From Candidatus Pacearchaeota archaeon (GTDB taxonomy: Archaea; Nanobdellota; Nanobdellia; Pacearchaeales; GW2011-AR1), in contig JAWCQY010000003.1 in the NCBI GenBank assembly GCA_038869535.1, positions 1 through 37,948 of the forward strand: 37,948 bases of DNA, read 5' to 3'. Numbering within the stretch: the first letter of the stretch is position 1; each line of letters starts with the position of its first letter. The position numbers were made by a program, and so were the translations under genes. Positions 36,427-37,948 of this stretch are shown in pieces. A model generated the notes under the pieces. It was not told the origin of the DNA and did no database searches. It saw only the letters and a list, made by a program, of their open reading frames with translations.

Positions 36427-37011
36427 CTATCTTATTTTTAAAATTTTAAACAAAAACTCGTCAGAGACTTTTACAATATCATCTTTTTTTCCTTCAATAT
36501 AAACACAATTATCCTCTTGTTTTATCAAATTTGTATCACTTTCTTTTATTATTATAAAATTGCTTGTACACGTTTTTACAGGTATATCTGTACCACTACA
36601 ATTGGTATTGATTGGACATGCTTCTTGTATCCTCAATGCGATGTTAATCATGTTAACATAAATTTCTGTTTTCGCATCTTCATTTTCAGAGTAAATATAA
36701 AGAGGCAATCCTTGGTAATATGTAGCATCTCTTAAATTATTTGTGTTAATTGGCTGAACTTCTTTTGGATTGTATCTAAAAACATAATTCCCTAAAACCC
36801 AAAAACCATTAACATATGAAAATTCAAAGCCATTGTAAACTACCTTATCACCGAAATCGGTCGTCTGAGTATTACCCATATTTCCTAAACTATTTTGCAA
36901 TGCAAATCCGAGAGTACTTAAAATCATTAAAAAAGCAAGGACAACCCCAACGATTATCTGGTTTCTTTTCCTTTTTCTTTCTTTTTCTTCTTTTGAAACA
37001 AGTTTTTTCAT
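36427..37011 (-). CDS. Single-TM membrane-anchored protein, paralog B
   Basis: Basic N-terminus, one TM, VVYNGFEF, FRYNP, Cys-containing ectodomain; TATA at -29. Confidence 0.8.
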   Translation of the reverse strand: MKKLVSKEEKERKRKRNQIIVGVVLAFLMILSTLGFALQNSLGNMGNTQTTDFGDKVVYNGFEFSYVNGFWVLGNYVFRYNPKEVQPINTNNLRDATYYQGLPLYIYSENEDAKTEIYVNMINIALRIQEACPINTNCSGTDIPVKTCTSNFIIIKESDTNLIKQEDNCVYIEGKKDDIVKVSDEFLFKILKIR

Positions 37012-37143
37012 ATTAAATATTTAGTAATCTTCTTTATAAATTTTAATAAATTATTAATTAATATTCAGACATCATTAAATAATGTCTTTAATAAGCTTTT
37101 AGAAATCTCACAATTTTATTTTGCATACTTCTAACTAATCTAT

Positions 37144-37177
37144 AAAAAAAAGAAAAAGAAAAAAATAAAAAAATAAA
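37144..37177 (-). terminator. Oligo-T terminator of the S-layer gene
   Basis: Consecutive T runs on the minus strand directly after the stop codon. Confidence 0.6.
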
Positions 37178-37183
37178 GTTGGA

Positions 37184-37948
37184 TTAACCGCTTTCGTTTA
37201 TTAGTGTTGAGCTTCCTGCAGTGCCTGTTCTGTAAACATACTTCTTACCTGCAGTGGTGTTAATTGAGCTTCCTTGGTTTACAAGTCTACTTACGCCAGC
37301 TGCAGTGTCTGCTGCTTCATAACCAGCCACAAGAAGAGCCGTCTTTCCACCTCTATTGAAAGATTGGATTAAGTATTGGTCAACACCAACACCTGTGGCA
37401 GATGTGAATGCAGCTCCGCATGTTCTAGCAGGAACACCAAGCAATTCAGCAGCAACTGAATTTATGCAGCTACCACCAACAACTACAAGGTGTCTTCCAG
37501 AAACACTTGAAACTTCGGTGTCTTTTACAAGAACACCACCAAGTTCTGTTGTTTGGTCGCCTGTTGTTGCACTGTCTGTTGATGAAACAAGCACTTCAGC
37601 ATATGCCTGTTGGTCAGGATAGCTTATTGTAGCAGAGTACTGTCCAGATGTTGATCTGTCATGGGTAACAAGTGTTCCCCATTTGTCCATCTTTTTGTAG
37701 ATGTTGGTATTACCAGTTCTCATCTGAACAAAGCCAAACACATCCCAGGTAGCTAATACATCCGAAACACTTACTTTGTTATCGGTTGTTCCAGCTCCGC
37801 TCATCTTGACAACTAATGCATTATACTCTCCAGCTGTTTTTCCGTCTTCCTCTTCAAACAAGACTAAAGCTGGAAGAGTTATCAAAGGACCAGTTGCTGA
37901 TTCTCTAAGATTTACTCTGGTGGTGTTTGTGCCTGTACCAGTAATAGT
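37184..37948 (-). CDS. S-layer protein, C-terminal part (5'-partial)
   Basis: The frame stays open to the window end. LVVVGGSCINSVAAELL and LLVAGYEAADT match the S-layer C-terminal domain; Thr/Gly/Ser-rich and visibly higher GC than neighbours. Confidence 0.85.
   Translation of the reverse strand, partial: TITGTGTNTTRVNLRESATGPLITLPALVLFEEEDGKTAGEYNALVVKMSGAGTTDNKVSVSDVLATWDVFGFVQMRTGNTNIYKKMDKWGTLVTHDRSTSGQYSATISYPDQQAYAEVLVSSTDSATTGDQTTELGGVLVKDTEVSSVSGRHLVVVGGSCINSVAAELLGVPARTCGAAFTSATGVGVDQYLIQSFNRGGKTALLVAGYEAADTAAGVSRLVNQGSSINTTAGKKYVYRTGTAGSSTLINESG

Noticed and set aside
37184-37948. Higher GC as a sign of horizontal transfer
   Set aside because: Explained by Gly/Ala/Thr-rich composition and likely high-expression codon bias; no mobility genes.

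Overview
Very AT-rich archaeal DNA, almost certainly from a DPANN archaeon and most likely Pacearchaeota. That call is inferred from the archaeal-type r-proteins, the AMP phosphorylase plus ribose-1,5-bisphosphate isomerase, a compact pacearchaeosortase-like gene and the reduced gene content. The window is mostly housekeeping. It holds N-glycosylation genes (aglB partial, aglH-like), the uL3-to-uL15/secY ribosomal superoperon, uL1-uL10-P1, ftsZ-secE-spt5-uL11, three tRNAs, eL43-rpo12-pfdB-sepF and a cell-surface cluster (secreted Ig-like protein, archaeosortase, two paralogous membrane-anchored proteins, partial S-layer gene). aglB, uL29, eL40 and rpo12 are missing from the ORF track and were translated by hand, and several starts were corrected. 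No mobile element or CRISPR array was seen. The best leads are: (1) a structured rplA 5' leader that matches the L1-binding RNA motif with reversed strand order and buries the Shine-Dalgarno (SD); (2) two unannotated 108-nt micro-ORFs that bridge two large, apparently promoter-less gaps in the r-protein operon; (3) a fixed TATA-to-ATG spacing (-29) implying leaderless mRNAs, with near-leaderless tRNAs and no rnp1 at its usual place; (4) a candidate archaeosortase sorting signal. All protein calls come from motif recognition, not database searches.
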